Positions 62,088-64,000 of a stretch of 64,000 bases of DNA are shown here, piece after piece (position 1 is the first letter of the stretch; the number at the start of each line of letters is the position of its first letter). Origin of the DNA: Polaromonas sp. (GTDB lineage: Bacteria; Pseudomonadota; Gammaproteobacteria; Burkholderiales; Burkholderiaceae_C); NCBI RefSeq assembly GCF_030689685.1, contig NZ_JAUYEY010000040.1, positions 367-64,366 on the forward strand, in the 5' to 3' direction. A program made the position numbers and the translations under genes. The notes under the pieces are model-generated. The model made no database searches. It worked only from the letters and a program-made list of their open reading frames with translations, and was not told where the DNA came from.

Positions 62088-64000
62088 ATGCCCATGAACA
62101 AACTCAACGCCGATGACCCCCCGCAACCCCCAAGCAAACCGGTTGCGAGTGGCGAGTCCGGCCTTGCACCCCCGCCACCCACCGTAACCGCTTTGCCCGA
62201 CGCGTCCGCAGGCGCGGTCAAGGATGTCCCGACTGGCGGCCTCACCAGCGATGAGGCCCGCCGCCGGCTGGAGCAGACCGGCCCAAATACCGTGACGGAT
62301 ACGGCGCTGCATCCCTTGCGCAGAGCGCTCACCAAACTCTGGGCGCCGGTTCCCTGGATGCTCGAAGCCGCGATCCTGCTCGAGTTGGTGCTCGGCAAGT
62401 ATGTGGAGGCCGCGATCATCGCGGGCCTGCTGGTGTTCAACGCCGCGCTCGGGTTTTTCCAGGAAGGACGCGCGCAGGCGACCCTTGCCGCGCTGAAGTC
62501 GCGGCTCGCGTTGAACGCGTCGGTGCGGCGCGACGGGGTCTGGAAGATCGTGCCCGCCGCCGAGCTGGTGCCCGGCGACACGGTGAAGCTGTCGCTGGGC
62601 GCGGTGGTCGCTGCCGACGTGCGCCTCACCGAAGGCTCGGTCCTGCTCGACCAGTCCATGCTCACCGGCGAATCGGTACCCATCGAAGCGGGCCTCGGCG
62701 TGCAGGCGTATGCGGGTGCGCTGGTGCGGCGCGGTGAAGCCGTGGCGGAGGTCACGGCGACCGGCGCACGCACCAAGTTCGGCCGCACTGCGGAACTGGT
62801 GCGCACCGCGCATGTGGTCAGTTCCCAGCAGAAAGCGGTGCTGCGCGTGGTGCGCAATCTCGCCCTGTTCAACGGCGTCGTCATCGTGGTGCTGGTGGCC
62901 TATGCCTACTTTCTCAAGATGCCGCTCGCCGAGATCATCCCCCTTGTCCTGACGGCGGTTCTCGCATCGATTCCGGTCGCACTGCCGGCCACCTTTACCC
63001 TGGCGGCTGCGGTAAGTGCGAAGGCGCTGGCCAAGCTCGGGGTGCTGCCGACGCGGTTGTCCGCAGTGGACGAAGCGGCATCGATCGATGTGCTGTGCGC
63101 GGACAAGACGGGCACACTGACCAACAACGAACTGAAGGTGACCAGCGTCCGCCCCCTGCCCGGCTTCGACGAAGCGCAAGTGATGGGAATGGCAGCGCTG
63201 GCGAGCTCGGACGGCGGGCAGGATCCCGTCGATGGCGCGATTCGCGCTGCCGCCTCGCACAGAGGCGCGTCCGACCTGCCGAAGCTGAACAAGTTCGTAC
63301 CGTTCGATCCCGCCACCAAGATGTCCGAGGCAATGGTGACCGATTCGAGCGGCGCCACACTGCGTGTCGTGAAGGGGGCCTTTGCCGCCGTCGCCGGTCT
63401 CACGCAAGCCTCGCCCGATGCGTCCAGGACGGCCAATGAACTCGAGGCGCAGGGCTTCCGCGTGCTGGCCGTTGCGGTGGGTGCGCCGTCGGCGATGAAG
63501 CTGGCGGGCATCATCGCGCTCAGCGACCCGCCTCGGAGCGACTCGGCCGCGCTGATCACGGAGCTCCATACGCTGGGTGTGCGCACCGTGATGGTGACGG
63601 GCGATGCACCGGCGACAGCCGCCATCGTGGCCCATGCGGTCGGGCTGGAAGGTGCGGTCGCACCGCCCGGGAATATTCCCGACGTAGTACGCGCCGAGGA
63701 TTTCGCAGTCTTCGCCGGCGTCTTTCCGGAGGGCAAGTACAAGCTGGTGCAGGCATTCCAGAAGGGCGGCCACACCGTCGGCATGTGCGGCGACGGCGCT
63801 AATGACGCGCCCGCGTTGCGCCAAGCGCAGATGGGGATCGCCGTATCGACGGCGACCGACGTGGCCAAGTCGGCAGCCGGCATGGTGCTGATGCAACCCG
63901 GACTCGGCGGGATTGTTGCCGCCGTCAAGGAAGGCCGGGTCACGTTCCAGCGCATCCTGACCTATACCCTCAACACCATGATCAAGAAGATCGTCATGGT
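62088..64000 (+). CDS. P-type ATPase, type IIIA (plasma-membrane H+-efflux type); runs off window end
   Basis: GLTSDEARRRL, DQSMLTGES, ASIPVALPA, LCADKTGTLT, DPATK, KGA, MVTGD, GDGANDAPAL. Confidence 0.92.
   Translation, partial: MPMNKLNADDPPQPPSKPVASGESGLAPPPPTVTALPDASAGAVKDVPTGGLTSDEARRRLEQTGPNTVTDTALHPLRRALTKLWAPVPWMLEAAILLELVLGKYVEAAIIAGLLVFNAALGFFQEGRAQATLAALKSRLALNASVRRDGVWKIVPAAELVPGDTVKLSLGAVVAADVRLTEGSVLLDQSMLTGESVPIEAGLGVQAYAGALVRRGEAVAEVTATGARTKFGRTAELVRTAHVVSSQQKAVLRVVRNLALFNGVVIVVLVAYAYFLKMPLAEIIPLVLTAVLASIPVALPATFTLAAAVSAKALAKLGVLPTRLSAVDEAASIDVLCADKTGTLTNNELKVTSVRPLPGFDEAQVMGMAALASSDGGQDPVDGAIRAAASHRGASDLPKLNKFVPFDPATKMSEAMVTDSSGATLRVVKGAFAAVAGLTQASPDASRTANELEAQGFRVLAVAVGAPSAMKLAGIIALSDPPRSDSAALITELHTLGVRTVMVTGDAPATAAIVAHAVGLEGAVAPPGNIPDVVRAEDFAVFAGVFPEGKYKLVQAFQKGGHTVGMCGDGANDAPALRQAQMGIAVSTATDVAKSAAGMVLMQPGLGGIVAAVKEGRVTFQRILTYTLNTMIKKIVM

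Noticed and set aside
62055-63896. 613-aa minus-strand ORF
   Set aside because: Antisense shadow of the P-type ATPase, which carries all catalytic motifs on the + strand and is missing from the ORF track only because it runs off the window.

Overview
A GC-rich betaproteobacterial chromosome segment whose gene content and order point to Comamonadaceae (Polaromonas/Rhodoferax-like; inferred, not searched). From 1 to about 41 kb it is mostly core genes: ilvIHC, an ECF sigma module, glnB-nadE, ppa/hppA, moaA-mobA-moeA, an RND pump, rnhA-yafS/gloB-mltD, a NitT/TauT-type ABC transporter, dnaX-ybaB-recR and the SRP RNA ffs. Two toxin-antitoxin pairs and a decayed MFS gene are interspersed. About 41.1-48.9 kb is a closely coupled four-gene phosphorelay operon that includes a response regulator fused to a degenerate class III cyclase domain. 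About 50.8-51.8 kb is a MITE plus IS debris. This borders a probable accessory stress island running to the window end (ppk2, MIP channel, NarX/NarL-type pair, cardiolipin synthase, secreted proteins, PRC-barrel protein, P3A-type H+-ATPase). The best second-look items are: a complete-looking -1 frameshift signal in dnaX; a ~63-bp repeat family (core GCTAY-N7-RTAGC, at least 12 copies), four of them read in frame inside proteins; the pseudo-cyclase phosphorelay; and a shared TGACYTGYGG motif in three island promoters. No CRISPR array, tRNA, rRNA or integrase was seen. All family assignments come from motif recognition by eye; no database search was run.
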